A DNA stretch of 64,000 nt. Source: Octopus vulgaris. Taxonomy: Eukaryota. The notes under the pieces were generated by a model that had not been told where the DNA came from, did no database searches, and was given only the letters and a program-made list of their open reading frames with translations. The stretch spans positions 15,810,001 through 15,874,000 of the forward strand of contig OX597836.1 of the NCBI GenBank assembly GCA_951406725.2, in the 5' to 3' direction. How positions within the stretch are numbered: the first letter of the stretch is position 1; every line of letters begins with the position of its first letter. Below are positions 39,321-54,929 of the stretch, in pieces. The translations under genes were made by a program, and so were the position numbers.

Positions 39321-41503
39321 GGGGAAGAGACAGAGGAGGCAAAGTGTGACAGAGAGAGATAGAAAGGGTGAAGTGAAGCAAAGAAGAGGAAGGTGGAAGA
39401 AAGGAATGATGAAAGATGGGAGGAGGACGACAACTATGAAGAGAGAGAAAGAAAGATGAAGGGTGTTAGGGGTAGATGAGGAGAAAGAGAAAAACTGATT
39501 GAGAGAGAAAGAGAGATGTAAGTGGGACGGGGTCGGGGGAAGAAATGTAAAGAGGAGAGAGGGAAAAGCATGAGATGTAGAGAAAGATAGGCATTCAGCA
39601 AGAGTGGGGTGGGGTAGTGGAGTTGGTGGTGTTGATAGTAGCGTTGATGGTGTCGAGGGTAGTTATTTTTGTTGTTGTTGGTGGTGGTGGTAGTGGTGGT
39701 AGTTGCACTGGAGTTGGTGGTGTCGTTGATGGAGTTGGTAGGGGCGACGTTAGTGTTGTTGTTGTTGGTAATGTTGCTTAGTGTTGTAGGGTGACGGAGA
39801 GAACTCGGCTAAGTGCCATGCTGCTCCATGTTACCGTGCCACCATCACCACCACCACCACCACCACCCCAAACTTGGCACCTGAAAGTCTCACAGATAAA
39901 CATCTCTTTCTCAAGTAATTACCAATTTGCAGAGTGTGCAGAATAATGCACGTATATGCACACATAACATGCAGAAGCACACACACATGCATGTAAATGG
40001 ATGTGTTCAAATCCCTCAAACATCAATAAAACCTGTGTATACTCATTGCATGTGTGTATAAAAGGGTGTATAAAAGTTGTGGTTCAATGCTCCGGTGACA
40101 CTTTCCCCTCAGGCACAGTGTGACATAGGGTGTGATAACACTAGAGCACCTGAGTCGTAGGTTAAATCTGGTTGTGTGGTTAAGAAGCTCGTTTTGCAGC
40201 CATGTGGTTTTGGGTTCAAACCCACTGTATGGCACCTTTGGAAAATGTCTTTTACTATAGCCTCAGGTCAACTAAATAACTTGTGAGTGAATTTAGTAAA
40301 TGGAAACTGTGTGGAAGCCTGCCATATACATGTACGTGTGCATGCATTTTTGTGTTGTCCCCTCTACGACTGCTTGACAACTGGTGCTGGTTTGTTTACA
40401 TCAGGGTTATAGCAGAAGGCCCTTGCAAAAGGTTCAGAGTGGAATTGAACCTGAGATCACATAACTGGAAAGCAAACTTCTTGACACAGCCTTGCCCTGC
40501 AACTATTACAACTATAAATTCAAAATATTCAAAATAGTCAGCAGCATATGGAAATATTTTTAAAAAAAACATTTAATTTTTCCACAATTTGATTGTTTTT
40601 CATGCTCTACTCTAAGTTGAAAACGTCACAAAGACTAAAACATTCTTCATGATAGAATTATGTTTCCTTATATATATGTGTGTGTATGTGTGTTCTGTAT
40701 TTATTTACTGCGTATGTAGAAGTTAAAGAATCAAAATGACCAGACACGACATCTCAATGTCATGCCTGGTCAAAAAACAAAACGAAAAAACCACTGCAGT
40801 AGCTGACTCATTTACAATGTTTGAGTGTCACACATAAGTCTGTGACACCTGTTCTACAGAGATTAGTCAGGCTTCATCTTACTGTAATAATTTTCCAAAT
40901 AGAATATTTATTTTCTCACAGATTTTTAATGCAATTTCTTTTTTCTGTGAATGTAAATTTAATAAATCAAAATATTGCATCACAATATTGTATTTTCCAG
41001 AAGTGCATAGTTGTCACTGTGTTGTTCCAATGTCTTTTTTTTTTTATTCTTTGCGGGGTTATATAGAGGGGATAGGGTGTATTTGACCATTCAACATCTA
41101 AGTCTGTCAGACAATGCTCTTAGTCCCCGTGCATATCTTGACAAGGCTGTAATTGAGCTTCAGTTGTCCCCATACATGACTTAAGCACTAGAAAATGCCA
41201 ATCACAGAGAGGGCCAAATGAGAATCTACCCTGTATAAGCTTTAACCATCTACTCAATATTCTTAACTTTAGCTGGTAATATACACAGGGCATTTTTGGC
41301 TGACCCTGGGCCAGCTCTGTTCCAGCAAACATATGAGACTGCAAATGGCCTTAGAGTCAATCTAGCTAAAACAAAAGTCCTAATAAGTAGGAAGGCTGAC
41401 AAACTACAATTCCCTTCAGGTAGATGGCCCTGGTTGATCTGTAGAAAAGGTGTAGGTAGAAACTCTATAAGATGTACCCATATATGTACGTATATACATA
41501 TAT

Positions 41504-41546
<43 letters not shown>

Positions 41547-41582
41547 TATATATATACATATATATATGTGTATATATACATA

Positions 41583-41614
<32 letters not shown>

Positions 41615-41660
41615 CACACACATATGTACATACATATGTATATATACATAAATATATATA

Positions 41661-41691
<31 letters not shown>

Positions 41692-41935
41692 AGGGCTAAT
41701 ACAGCTTATTTTGGATAAGGGCTATATATATATTGTTGGGGGGGTTCATTTTATGCATTATTATGTATGTATATTTTATTATTTATCAAACCATAAAAAG
41801 AACATTAAAAAATTCAGTTAATCTCATTAAATGCAATTTGCTGCAAGTAATTTAACTATAAAACTGAACATTTGTCACCTGTGGATTTTCCACAGGTATG
41901 CACCTGTCAATAATTTTAAGCAGGGGGAATTATAG

Positions 41936-41967
<32 letters not shown>

Positions 41968-42243
41968 AGATGATCTCACCTTAAAGGAAAGAATGTGGCA
42001 CTGAACGCATTTAGTCAGAGTTTTAAGTATTTAAGAACAGGATGAGTCATCTCCAGAAGGAGTATATATGTGTGTTTGGTTGAGTGGCTGTGTGGTAAGT
42101 AGCTTGTTTACCAACCACATGGTTCCGCGTTCAGTCCCACTGCGTGACACCTTGGGTAAGTGTCTTCTACTACAGCCTCGGGCCGACCAAAGCCTTGTGA
42201 GTGGATTTGGTAGACGGAAACTGAAAGAAGCCCGTCGTATATA

Positions 42244-42295
<52 letters not shown>

Positions 42296-44252
42296 TGTGT
42301 GTGTTTGTGTGTCTGTGTTTGTCCCCCTAGCATTGCTTGACAACCGATGCTGGTGTGTTTATGTCCCCGTTACTTAGCGGTTCGGCAAAAGAGACCGATA
42401 GAATAAGTACTGGGCTTACAAAAGAATAAGTCCCGGGGTCGAGTTGCTCGATTAAAGGCGGTGCTCCAGCATGGCCGCAGTCAAATGACTGAAAACAAGT
42501 AAAGGAGTAAGGAGTATACAAACACACACAAATACAAGAGGGTACCGAAAAGTTTGTGGCTTTAAGGGTATCACAAAAGGCCTGGTTGGGGGCCCAACCT
42601 TCTAAGTTCTTTTTACAGGGCTTAGAAAAACTGAAGGACTGCTGCATTAGGTGTGTGAATCTGAGAAGGGAATATGTTGAATAAAACCATTATTAACTGA
42701 TCCTGTATTTTCTTTTACCCAAAGCCAGGAACTTTTCAGCACCCCCTTGTATACAGTTGATCCTACTAATAGTATAGTCGGCATAGGAGTGATCCTTGCC
42801 CACCTTCCATTTCCATACTGGCTGTTATTCCAGTTGTCCCCTACTGCTTTAACTCCCATCACCACAGCCATCGCCAAAGTGATATTTCTGGGCATTAATG
42901 ACCCTGCCCCATACTTCCTAAATCTGGAGGTGGGGGAAGCCTATATGCGATCGATCGTTCAATACTCTAGAAGCAGCAGTCAAATCTCCCTCAAATCACA
43001 CCCACCCACCATTTTAGACAAATGTAGAGAGAGTAGAGAAGTGAAAGACAGACAGACAAATATAGAGAGATAGAAGGTGAGAAAGAAAGACAGAGAGAGA
43101 TAAAGAGAGAGGAAGTTAGTAAAAGAGGACAGATATAGAGGGGAAGGGAAAGAGAGGGAGGGAGGGAGGGAGGGAGGGAGGGAGAGAGAGATAGTAATAG
43201 AGATAGTGAGAAAGGCAGACAGATAGATGCCAGGGTGGCGAGGTGGCAGAATCGTTACCATGCTGGACAAAATACCACTAACCATTTGGTCCATCTTAAT
43301 GTTCTGAGTTCAAATTCTGCCAAGGTCAACTTTTGCCTTTCATCCTTTCGGGGGGAGAAAGAGTGAATAAGACAGAGAAACAGAGAGAACAAGAGGGAGA
43401 ACGAGTGAGTGACGGTGAGAGAAAGAGACAGACAGACAGACAGAACACAGACACACAAATGCTAATTACAGCCTCTACATCACACACATACATATAAGGT
43501 GATTGGGTTGGAAGCTGGAGGTGGGAGAGTGAAATAAAGAGCCACCATGCTGGAGGTGGAGTTTGTCTGAAATCTGATTTAGTTAAAATTGAACAAAGCA
43601 AGACATAAAGGTGTGGGGTGGGGGGAAAGGCATCTCTAGCCCCCCACCCCATTCCACCTTAATTGATAATTAGTGGTTATCAAGGAAACAGGTGATGATG
43701 CACAAAAGGGGATTAATTAGTTGAGGTGGGGTGGCAATGGGGGGTGTTTGTAATAATTTAATCACTAGGGGCTGTTGTTGAAGTTTTAAATTAAAAACCC
43801 TTAGATTATCGATACTTTGGACTGTGACCCCTTAATAAATAATCTTTAGACGTGAACTGTGGGGGGAGGTGGTGTGTGTGTGTGTATGGATTGTGTTGGG
43901 GTTTTGTGTGTGAAGGGGTATGTATGGGTGAGGAGGAAGAGGAGGCAAGGGGCGGTGTATGTGTATGCTGTTCCATATGTGTGTGCATGTGTGTGTATCG
44001 CTTGAGTGCAGGGGTGCGTGTGTGACTGTGTGCATGCATGTGTGTATGCGAAAGCCTATTAGTGCTTGTGTGTGTGTGTGTTGTATGTGTGCAAGAGTGC
44101 ATGTGTGTGCGTATGTGAATTAATTTGTATTGTATGTGTGTGTGTATGTGAATGACTGTGTGCGTGTATTTATGTGTATGCGAAAGCCTGTGTGTGCGTG
44201 TGTGTATGGAAGTGCATGTATGTGTTGTAAATAAGTATGACTGAAAGTGTGT

Positions 44253-44318
<66 letters not shown>

Positions 44319-47300
44319 ATAGTGAGGAGGTGAGCGGTAGAAAATGAGATGAAATAAGGTGATGTCTTTAAGCAGTGGTGTGTTTATGGTGTGACATGAT
44401 GTGGTGACTGTTGTTGTGTAGCCCTAGGTAAGACCTGACCTGGTTTAATACAGTCATACGTATGATCAAAGACTAAGACATTACATTCTAGCTGTACTCA
44501 TTCAGTTGTTTAGTAAATATAAAGGCCTATACTGGCAATCCTCATTCTGGAGGGTCATGAACTTTTAAGGGTCCACAGTAGGTAGTGCTGTTTGAGGAGT
44601 TATTTAACTGTTGAAAATCCATCATCATCATTGTTGTCACCATCATCATTGCTGCTGTCGGCTTCGTCACTGTCATCATCACTGTTTTAACGTCCACTTT
44701 TCCATGCTGGCATGGGTCAGATGGAATTCACTGAGGCAGCTTTTCTACCATTGGATACCCTTCCTGTCACCAACCCACACCTGTTTCCAAGCAAGGTAAT
44801 ATTTCCCCATGATCAGATGTGCTTTCCATGGAAGATGAGAAATGGATAGCATCACTTGATGACAGTAATGCTCTTTTAAGACCCTCATGTGATGTCTAGA
44901 CAAGGGTACACATGCACACACATACAAAGGGCTTCTTTCAGTTTCCATCAACCAAATCCACTCATAAAGTTTTGGTTGACCCAGGAATATAGTACAAGAC
45001 ACTTGTCCAAGGTACCAGCAATATAATATAACAAAAGATGTCACTGTCTTTTGTAAAAAAGGAAGACAGCAATGTAATAGAACACATGCTGCCATCATCA
45101 TCATCATTATCATCATCTAACTTCCATTTTTCCATGCTGTCATGGGTTGGATGGGTTGAAAAAATGCTAATGAGTTTGCTGAACCATAATGTCTGGTCAC
45201 AATTCTCACCTTTTGTTATTTCTTTACTGTCCACAAGGGGCTAAACATAGAGGGGACAAACAAGAACAGACATAGGTATTAAGTCGATTACATCGACCCA
45301 GTGCGTAACTGGTAGTTAATTTATCGACCCCGAAAGGATGAAAGGCAAAGTTGACCTCGGCAGAATTTGAACTCAGAACGTAACAGCAGACGAAATACCT
45401 ATTTCTTTACTGTTCACAAGGGGCTAAACATAGAGGGGACAAACAAGGACAGACATAGGTATTAAGTCGATTACATCGACCCCAGTGCGTAACTGGTACT
45501 TAATTTATCGACCCCGAAAGGATGAAAGGCAAAGTCGACCTCGGTGGAATTTGAACTCAGAACATAACGGTAGACGAAAATACGGCTGCACATTTTGCCC
45601 GGCGTGCGAACATTTCTGCCAGCCCACCGCCTTCTCACCTTTTGTGACATGCATAACATTTTCAAGACAAATATTTTCTACATCAGCCTTAGATATACAA
45701 GGGATTTGATAAACTAGCTTATAAATAAAAACTGACCCCATAAGGATAAAAAAAATCAGTGGCAGACAGAGTCTTCTTGATAATTTTAGTAACTTCTATG
45801 TTGAAGAGAGACAACATATTCTTTGTCTATTTCCTGAACTTCTTGGAGATTTTAGATATAACTATACTAATGTGTCCATCTGTTCTAATTTAATTAAATT
45901 CTATGTATTTGTGCAGCTGAAGATTGCTCTACATTTTAAATTGATGAAATAGTTGCATTGTTCAATTAAATGGAGTTGCATGAAACGATTGTACTGCATT
46001 ACCTCTAGATATCCTTGTTGCTTATTTTGATTTTAATCTCCTAAATAATGTAGATTTGGAAGAAATTGTCCCAATATTGATATCTGGTTGAAAACGAACC
46101 ATTTCAACATACATTTACAGGTACATAGTGATTTTTCAGGGAATTCTAAAAATGCTCACAAACTTGTTTTGGTTTAACTCTTTTACTGCAGGAGTGGCTG
46201 TGTGGTAAGTAGCTTGCTAACCAACCACATGGTTCCGGGTTCAGTCGCACTGCGTGGCATCTTGGGCAAGTGTCTTCTGCTATAGCCCCGGGCCAACCAA
46301 TGCCTTGTGAGTAGATTTGGTAGACGGAAACTGAAAGAAGCCTGTCGTATATATGTATATATATATATATGTGTTTGTGTGTCTGTGTTTGTCCCCCTAG
46401 CATTGCTTGACAACCGATGCTGGTGTGTTTACGTCCCCGTCACTTGGCGGTTCGGCAAAAAGAGACCGATAGAATAAGTACTGGGCTTACAAAAAGAATA
46501 AGTCCCGGGGTTGAGTTGCTCGACTATAGGCGGTGCTCCAGCATGGCCACAGTCAAATGACTGAAACAAGTAAAAGAGAAAAAGAGATATCCATTTGAAA
46601 TTTCATTGTGCTTAAACTACAGAAAGCAGTTTTATGGACTAAACTATTTTTTTATTGAGAAATGTCAAGTTTACTGAGTCAAAAAATACCAATTCTACGT
46701 TTTGGTAGACACTTGACCCTTTAGCATTCAGATTACTCACTCAAACGTAATGCTTATTTAATTCACATTGTTTTGAATTTATCATGCATTATCCCATCAT
46801 CATCATCATCACTTAGCATCTGTTTTCCATGCTGGCATGGATTGGATGAGCTGGCAGAAACGTTAGCATGCCAGGCGAAATGCTTATCGGTATTTTGTCT
46901 GCCGCTACGTTTTGAGTTCAAATTCTGCCGAGGTCTACTTTGCCTTTCATCCTTTTGGGGTCGATTAAATAAGTACCAGTTACGCACTGGGGTCAATATA
47001 ATCGACTTAATGAGTTTGTCTGTCCTTGTTTGTCCCCTCTGTGTTTAGCCCCTTGTGGGTAATAAAGAAATAGGTATTACATCTGTCGCTACATTTTGAG
47101 TTCAAATTCCGCCGAGGTCAACTTTGCCTTTCATCCTTTTGGGGTTGATTAAATAAGTACCAGTTATGCACTGGGGACGATATAATTGACTTAATGAGTT
47201 TGTCTGTCCTTGTTTGTCTCCTCTATGTGTATCCCCTTGTGGGCAGTAAAGAAATAGGTTTGACAGGAGCTGACCAGTCGGAGAGCTGTCCAGATTCCAA

Positions 47301-50300
47301 CTGTCTGTTGTGACATGGTTTCTATGGCTGAATGCCTTTCCTAATGCCAACCACTTTACAGAATGCACTGGGTGCCTTTCACTTGCCACTGGCATGGGTG
47401 CCTTTGCGCAACTGCATTTTACGTGGCACTGGCATCTGCAAAGGACATCCCTGTATGTATGGATAACTGTGATTTTACATAGTTTCTTCTCAAGTACAGC
47501 AAATCACAACTCCTGGACCCTTGTCATTTCCTCAGTGAGGCCCAGAACCTAAAGTTCCTTTCTCACCACTTTGTCCCACATCTTCCTGTCCTGAGTCCAC
47601 TCCTTCTACAGGTTCCCATCCACATAGCTTTGAAGTTTTTATGATACATTTTTAGCATGACATTGTAGAGTAAGTGTGAAAGGCTGGATGTGGCCAGTTT
47701 CAACATAAAACAGGTAGAATATTTTGGCCAGACATTTTGGCCAAACAACCTCTCCACCCATGTCCACCACTCACTGCATTCTCTTCATCTCAATCTCCCT
47801 CTCTCTTGCAAACTTTGCTGTCCCCTCACCCAAACCAATTGTCTGTGCCTCATCCCTTATATACACCTCCCTGTAAATTTGAGGGTAGATCCTAACACTA
47901 TCACTCACTCTCTTTTTACCAAAGGAGTGACCGTGTATCTCAACTACTTCAAGACAGCACCTGTTTCTACCCCTCTCATCACCTGACGCAAAGCCACCTC
48001 CCTCAATGCAGTTTCCCTGCCTCAGTTGAAGAATCTTGTCTTGCAAGTTAACTGAAGGCCTCTTTGACACTGGTGCCACATAAGAAGCACCCTGTACAGA
48101 CTATAAAGTGGTTTGGAATTAGGAAGGGTATCCAGCTGTAGAAACCATGTCAAAGCAGACAGGGGTGCTTATTGCAGGCTTCTTGGCTTGCACCTTCTGT
48201 CAGTCCATCCAACCCACATTGGCAAGGAAACTGGGAAGAAGAATTCATCATGCATTATCTCATCATCATCATCATTGTTTAATGTCCGTTTTCCATGCTG
48301 GAATGGGTTGCACAACGACAACTTAACATCGTTAGTGAAATAACCATGAAATTTAATTTCACAGTTACGAGAATGGCCCCAAATATTTTCTGTACGTGCG
48401 TGTTTGTGTGTGTGTTTGTATGTCTGTGTTTGTCCCCCAACATCGCTTGACAACTGATGCTGGTGTGTTTATGTTCCCATAACTTAGCGGTTCAGCAAAA
48501 GAAACCGACAGAATAAGTACTAGGCTTTCAAAGAATAAGTACTAGGCTTTCAAAGAATAAGTCCTGGGGTCAATTTGCCAGCTGAGAATTTTGGGGTTTT
48601 TTTTTTTTTTTGCCAACCAGGAATCACACACACACACACACACATAAAAAAACGAAACCCCAGCAACACCAGATGGAAAACGCTGCTACCAAGGCAACGG
48701 CAGGCTGATAAACGAATGTGTCATCAAGTCACCGGATTGCAGAGGAACAATTCGAAGCCTGTTGCACTCCTTCATGCAAACAGAGAAATAACTGCCATGA
48801 AACAGAAAAACTACATGCACACCTCATGCAGCACAACGGATAATCTGATGTAGCATGATCAGAGATCAATGATTAAAGCACGGCTTAAAGTACATGTGAC
48901 GGTGGAATAACACATATCTCTACATCTAATGCACTGACAGTTTTCCGGTGCCAGTGCACATCCATGCATGTGTGCATGCAGGTGCTTGTATGTATGTATG
49001 TATGTATGTATGTATTTATGTAGGTAGGTTCATGTGTATTAGAGAAGGCAGTTGTAGGAGATATTTTTCCTGATAACATGCAATTTTTTTAAGTGTAATT
49101 ATGTGTATAGTTGATGTGTATGTGCATGTGTCAGTATGTATGTGTGTGTGAGAGAGTGTGTGTGTGAAATGCATGGATGCATGTGTGTGTGTGTGTGTTC
49201 CAGTATGTATGTATGGGCATGTGTGTGTGAGTGTCAGTATATATGGGTGTGTGAGTGTGTATGTATGTGTGTATGTGTGTGTGAAATGTATGGATGCATG
49301 TGTGCCAGTATGTATGTATGGGTGCATGCGTGTGAGTGTGTATGTATATGTGTATGTGTGTATGAGGATGTATGTGTGCATGTGTGTGTGTGAGTATGTA
49401 TGTGTGCATGTGTGTGTGTGAGTGTGCATGTGTGTGTGTGAGTATGTATGTGTGCATGTGTGTGTGTGTGAGTGTGTCAATATGTATGGTGTGTGTGTAT
49501 GTATATGTATGTGCGTGTGAGTATGTATGTGTGCATGTATGTGCGAGAGAGAGAGAGTGTGTGAAATGTATGGATGCATGTGTGTGTGTGCGTGGTTGTA
49601 TGCCAATATGTATGTATGGGCGCATGTGTGTGAGTGTGTCAATATATATGGGTGTGTGAGTGTGTATATGTGAATGTGTGCATGTAGATGAGGGGATGTG
49701 AGTGTGTATGTATGCGTAGGCGCGTGAGTTACATATTGTTCTGCGTATGTGCATGTTTTTAAAAATGATTGTGTGTTTGTGCATCTATATATGAAACTGT
49801 AACATGTATGTTGCACATGCATGCATGTGTGTGCATGTATATGTGTGTGTGTGTGTGTATGTGTAACCATAATTTCTCCATGATGTTCATATGTGTGGAG
49901 AAGGTGGGGGGAGCAGCAGGTGAGGCATTTTGCTGATTAGTTAAAGGTTCCCCAAAATACACATTCGTGTATATTTGCATGCAGGTGCATGCCTTGTATG
50001 TGTAATTAACAAACGCTATATATGTGTGCGTGAGTGTGTGTGTGTAGACGTGTTTGCATATGTAGATGTGTGTGTGCACGTGTAACCTTGTTTATACAAG
50101 CAAATAGATAGATATGTTGTACTCAGTATCAGTACATAAGTATGTGTGTGTGTGTGACCTGTGTGCGCATGTGTATGACCTGGGATCTGTATGTGTGTGT
50201 GTGTGTGTGACATGGGATCTGTATGTGTGTGTGTGTGTGTGACCTGGGATCTGTATGTGTGTGTGTGTGTGTGTGACCTGGGATCTGTGTGTGTGTGCAT

Positions 50301-50862
50301 GTATAAATGTGTGTGAGCTTTACTCTTTTTACTCTTTTACTTGTTTCAGTTATTTGACTGTGACCATGCTGGAGCACCGCCTTTAGTCAAGCAAATCGAC
50401 CCCAGGACTTATTCTTTGGAAGCCTGGTACTTATTCTATTGGTGTCTTTTGCCGAACTGCTAAGTTACGAGGACGTAACACACCAGCATCGGTTGTCAAG
50501 CGATGTTGGGGGAACAAACACAGACACACACACACACACACACACACACAGATGATGGGCTTCTTTCAGTTTCCGTCTAATAAATCCACTCACAAGGCTT
50601 TGGTTGGCCCGAGTCTATAGTAGACCCTGGCCCAAGGTGCCACGCAGTGGGACTGAACCCAGAACCAAACAGACACACAAACATACACACACATATATAT
50701 ATATATATACATATATACGACGGGCTTCTTTCACTCACAAGGCTTTGGTCGGCCCGAGGCTATAATAGAAGACACTTGCCCAAGATGCCACGCAGTGGGA
50801 CTGAACCCAGAACCATGTGGTTGGTTAGCAAGCTACTTACCACACAGCCACTCCTGCGCCTA

Positions 50863-50915
<53 letters not shown>

Positions 50916-53244
50916 CTATATATTTATGTGGGTGTGTGTCTTTGTTTGTCTCCCCACTACCACATGACAACTGGTGTTGGTTTGTTTATATCCCCATAAC
51001 CTATCAGTTTGGCAAAAAAAGGTACTAAAATAAGTACCAGGTTTAAAATAAAGCTAAGTACTGGGGTCGATTCGGTCAAACTACAATTCTCCGAGACGGT
51101 GCTCCAGCAGGGCCACAGTCCAATGACTGAAACAAGTAACAAAATAAAAGAAAGACTGTCTGTCTGTATGTGCGTATGTGCATGTATGTATATGCATGTA
51201 CATGTGCATACATGCACATGTGTATGTGTATAATCTAACATGCTTCATGTGTGTGTGAGCATATGCATATGAGTGTGAGAGAGATTCTGTATACATGCAT
51301 GTTTGTTAGCATCAGTGCAAGATGAAAAGGTGCACGCACATATGTGCACCTTCATGTTGTTTTAATCATCTTTGCATTTAATCATTTCCATGTATAACAA
51401 AGTTCACACACACACATACACACACCTAAACACTGAAGCATATATATAGTTATATATATGCACGCATACTTTTGGAAACATGAGCTTAGACAGAAGAATG
51501 TCTCATGCACACAAACACATACATATGACCATGCTCAACACACTCACACACAAGTATGCAGACCTTTAAACATCTCCATGTATAAGAACACACACACACA
51601 CACATGCATGTGTACATGTTTTGAAAAACATGTAGCTAACAGATAAATGCTTCTCACACACTTTGTAAAAACACACAAACTCATGCACTGACACACACAC
51701 ACACACACACACATACGCACATACACACACACACAATCATACACCAACACCTAGGCATACAAACATCTAATCATTTGTGTACATATGCATGCTCAAATAC
51801 CTGTATGTGTACATATGTTTGTGTGTGTGTGAGTGTGTGTGAATAAAGAAGTGTGTGTAAATATGGATGTATGTGTGAATATAGGTGTGAATGTGTGTGT
51901 GCATGTGTGAAATATGTGAATATAGGTGGGTGTGTGTGTATGTGTATGTGTGAATATATGCTTAAATATGGGTGTACATGTATGAGTGAATATGTGAGTG
52001 TGTGTGTGTCTAAATATGGAAGTGTGTGTAAATATGGATGTGTGAATATAGGTGTGTGAATGTGTGAATATGTGAATATAGGCGGGTGTGTGCGTGTATG
52101 TGTGAATATTTGCTTGAATATGGGTGTGCATGTATGTGTGAATATAGGTGTGTGTGTGTGTATGCTTGAATAGGGGTGTGCATGTATGTATGTGTAATAT
52201 GGGTGTGTGTGTGAGTGAATATGAGTATGGGTGGGTTGAATATGGGTGTGTGTGTATGTGTGAATATAGGAGTGTTTGTGTGTGAATATATGGGTGTAAA
52301 TGTGGATATGTGCATGCATGCATGTATTGTATCTGACTGCATATGGATGTATGTGTGTGAATATAGGTGGGTGTGTGTGTGAATGTGTGTGTGCATGTGT
52401 GAATATGTGAATATAGGTGGGTGTGTGCACATATGTGTGTGAATGTGTGTGTAAATGTGGATACGCGCATGCATGCGTGTATCTGACTGCATATGTGTAT
52501 GCGTGCACATGACTGATTGTGTGTGTGTGAATGTATATAGTTGTGAGCGAATGTGTTTGTGTGTGTGTGTGTGCACGGTCGATTGTGTCTGTGTGTGCAC
52601 GACCGATTGTGTCTGTGTGTGCACGACCGATTGTGTCTGTGTGTGCACGACCGATTGTGTCTGTGTGTGCACGGCCGATTGTGTCTGTGTGTGCAAGCGT
52701 GCCACAAATATATCGAAGCCAATAGATAAAGCTGATAATAAATAACTACATCAAACAATTTACAGCATCTGGTATTGAGTTCAAGTCCCAGAGGGGTTGG
52801 TTCTTCCAAACATCAAATCGCTTAATACGATAACATGTTAATCATTATATTAGGGGCCATTCCAACAATAAAACCCAACACCTCTACCCACTGATCATAT
52901 GAAGAGGAGATCCTTTATGAGAGAAAAATATGCAGATGCGTGTATGTTAGTGTATATAATATCACATATACGTGTATGTGTGTATATACTGTTATTAATA
53001 ATAGGCAAAAGTTAATAATATATACATATATTCTTCTATTCCTTTATATGCTTCAGCCCTAAGGTTGTGACCATGTTGGAGCAATATATATATACACACA
53101 CATTATATATACAGATTATATACATATATGCATGTATGTATGCATACATATATGTATGTGTATATATATATGTGTGTGTGTATATATATATAGATATGTA
53201 TATACATATATAGAGAGAAAGAGATGTATATATATGTGTGTGTG

Positions 53245-53278
<34 letters not shown>

Positions 53279-54430
53279 TATGTATATATATGTGTGTGTG
53301 TTTATATATGTACATATATAAAGAGAGATATGTATATGTGTGTGTGTATATATGTATATGTAAGGTATGTATATATGTGTATATATGTGTGTGTGTGTGT
53401 ATATGTATACATATGTGTATGTATCTATGTATTACATACATACATATATACATAGGGTTATCCATTTTTAGAATCATCAAAGCACCAGATAGACTGTCTC
53501 ATTGGATTTGTTCCAAATCTCTTGACTCTGACTCCCAGCAAAGTCAGCTCTGTTTTTCACCCTTTGTGGGATCAATGAAGTATCGGTTATGTACCGGAGT
53601 CAATCCATCTTTTTCTCTTTGTCCACCTCAGCCCATCTCTTACTATAATGACGGACTCTTCCGTCGAAGGCAACATACGAGTGTTCTGCTTTTGCTGAAT
53701 GACCCTCACAAATGATTTATTGAAAGTGGTCAAATGTAAGTGCTGTACATCAGTTCAATCTCTCTAATCAGATCGACATTCCTTGACAGGTGCATGGTGT
53801 ACCATGCATCAGGTGTAGGAGCAACGTGAGATGACGTTTATTGCTCAAGAACACAATGCACAAACCCAGTCTAGGAATTGAAACAACAATCTTGTGCTTG
53901 TGAGTGCAACATCCTAACCACTAAGCCATGAAACCTTTCTACTATAGGCACAAGGCCTGAAATTTTTTAGGGCAGGGTCTAGTTGATTACAACAACCAAG
54001 AAAAGGAAGAAAGGCAAAGTTCACCTCATAGGACTAGAACTCAGAACATAAAGTTGGAAGAAATGCTGAGAAACATTTTTCCTGATTTGCTAACAATTCT
54101 GCTAGCTCACTGCTTTAATACTAATAATCCTTTCTACTTTAGGCTCAAGGCCTGAAATTTGAGAGAAGGGGATAGTTGATCACATTGATCCCATATATAT
54201 ACACACACAGATATTATTATTTTTTTTTTTTGCTGTAGTTCCAGCTCATAGCTGCGGCCATGCTGATGCACTGCCGTTAAGAAATGTGCCAACCGTCGGA
54301 TGCCAAAACCCGGGAACAAACCAGGGAACCAGGGACCTTTACATCTTCAATCTAACTCTCTCCCAACTGAGCTATTTCGGCTGGCTATATATATATATAC
54401 ACACACAGATATATATATATACACACAGAT

Positions 54431-54471
<41 letters not shown>

Positions 54472-54876
54472 TACATACACACACACACACATATATATAT
54501 ATATGCATACACACGTGTGTGTGTGTGTGTGTGTGCCTGTGCATATGTATATCTGCATACACACAAATGTGTGTGTATGTGTGTATAGTACTTGCATATG
54601 TGCATATATAATGATATATTGGGGCAGCTGAGTACTATGAGCAGCAACAGACTGCACCGACCACTGTCAATGACACAGAGGAGGAAATACAGAGAGAATG
54701 ATAAATGCTAGCGTTTCTATGGTGATGACTTTTTGAAAATCTGCAGCAGCAACTGGAGAGATGAAGATGTGCGTAGTTTGTCATCTACGTATACACATCT
54801 ACTAGAGTGAATAGGTGTGTCTGTGTGTGTATATATAAATATTTCTGTACATGCGTATATGTTTGTATGAGCGCGC

Positions 54877-54929
<53 letters not shown>

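Noticed and set aside
54301-54381. Functional tRNA-Phe gene
   Set aside because: The 8-nt duplication and substitutions disrupt the T arm, D stem and anticodon stem; it is followed by a LINE-like tail and not an immediate terminator
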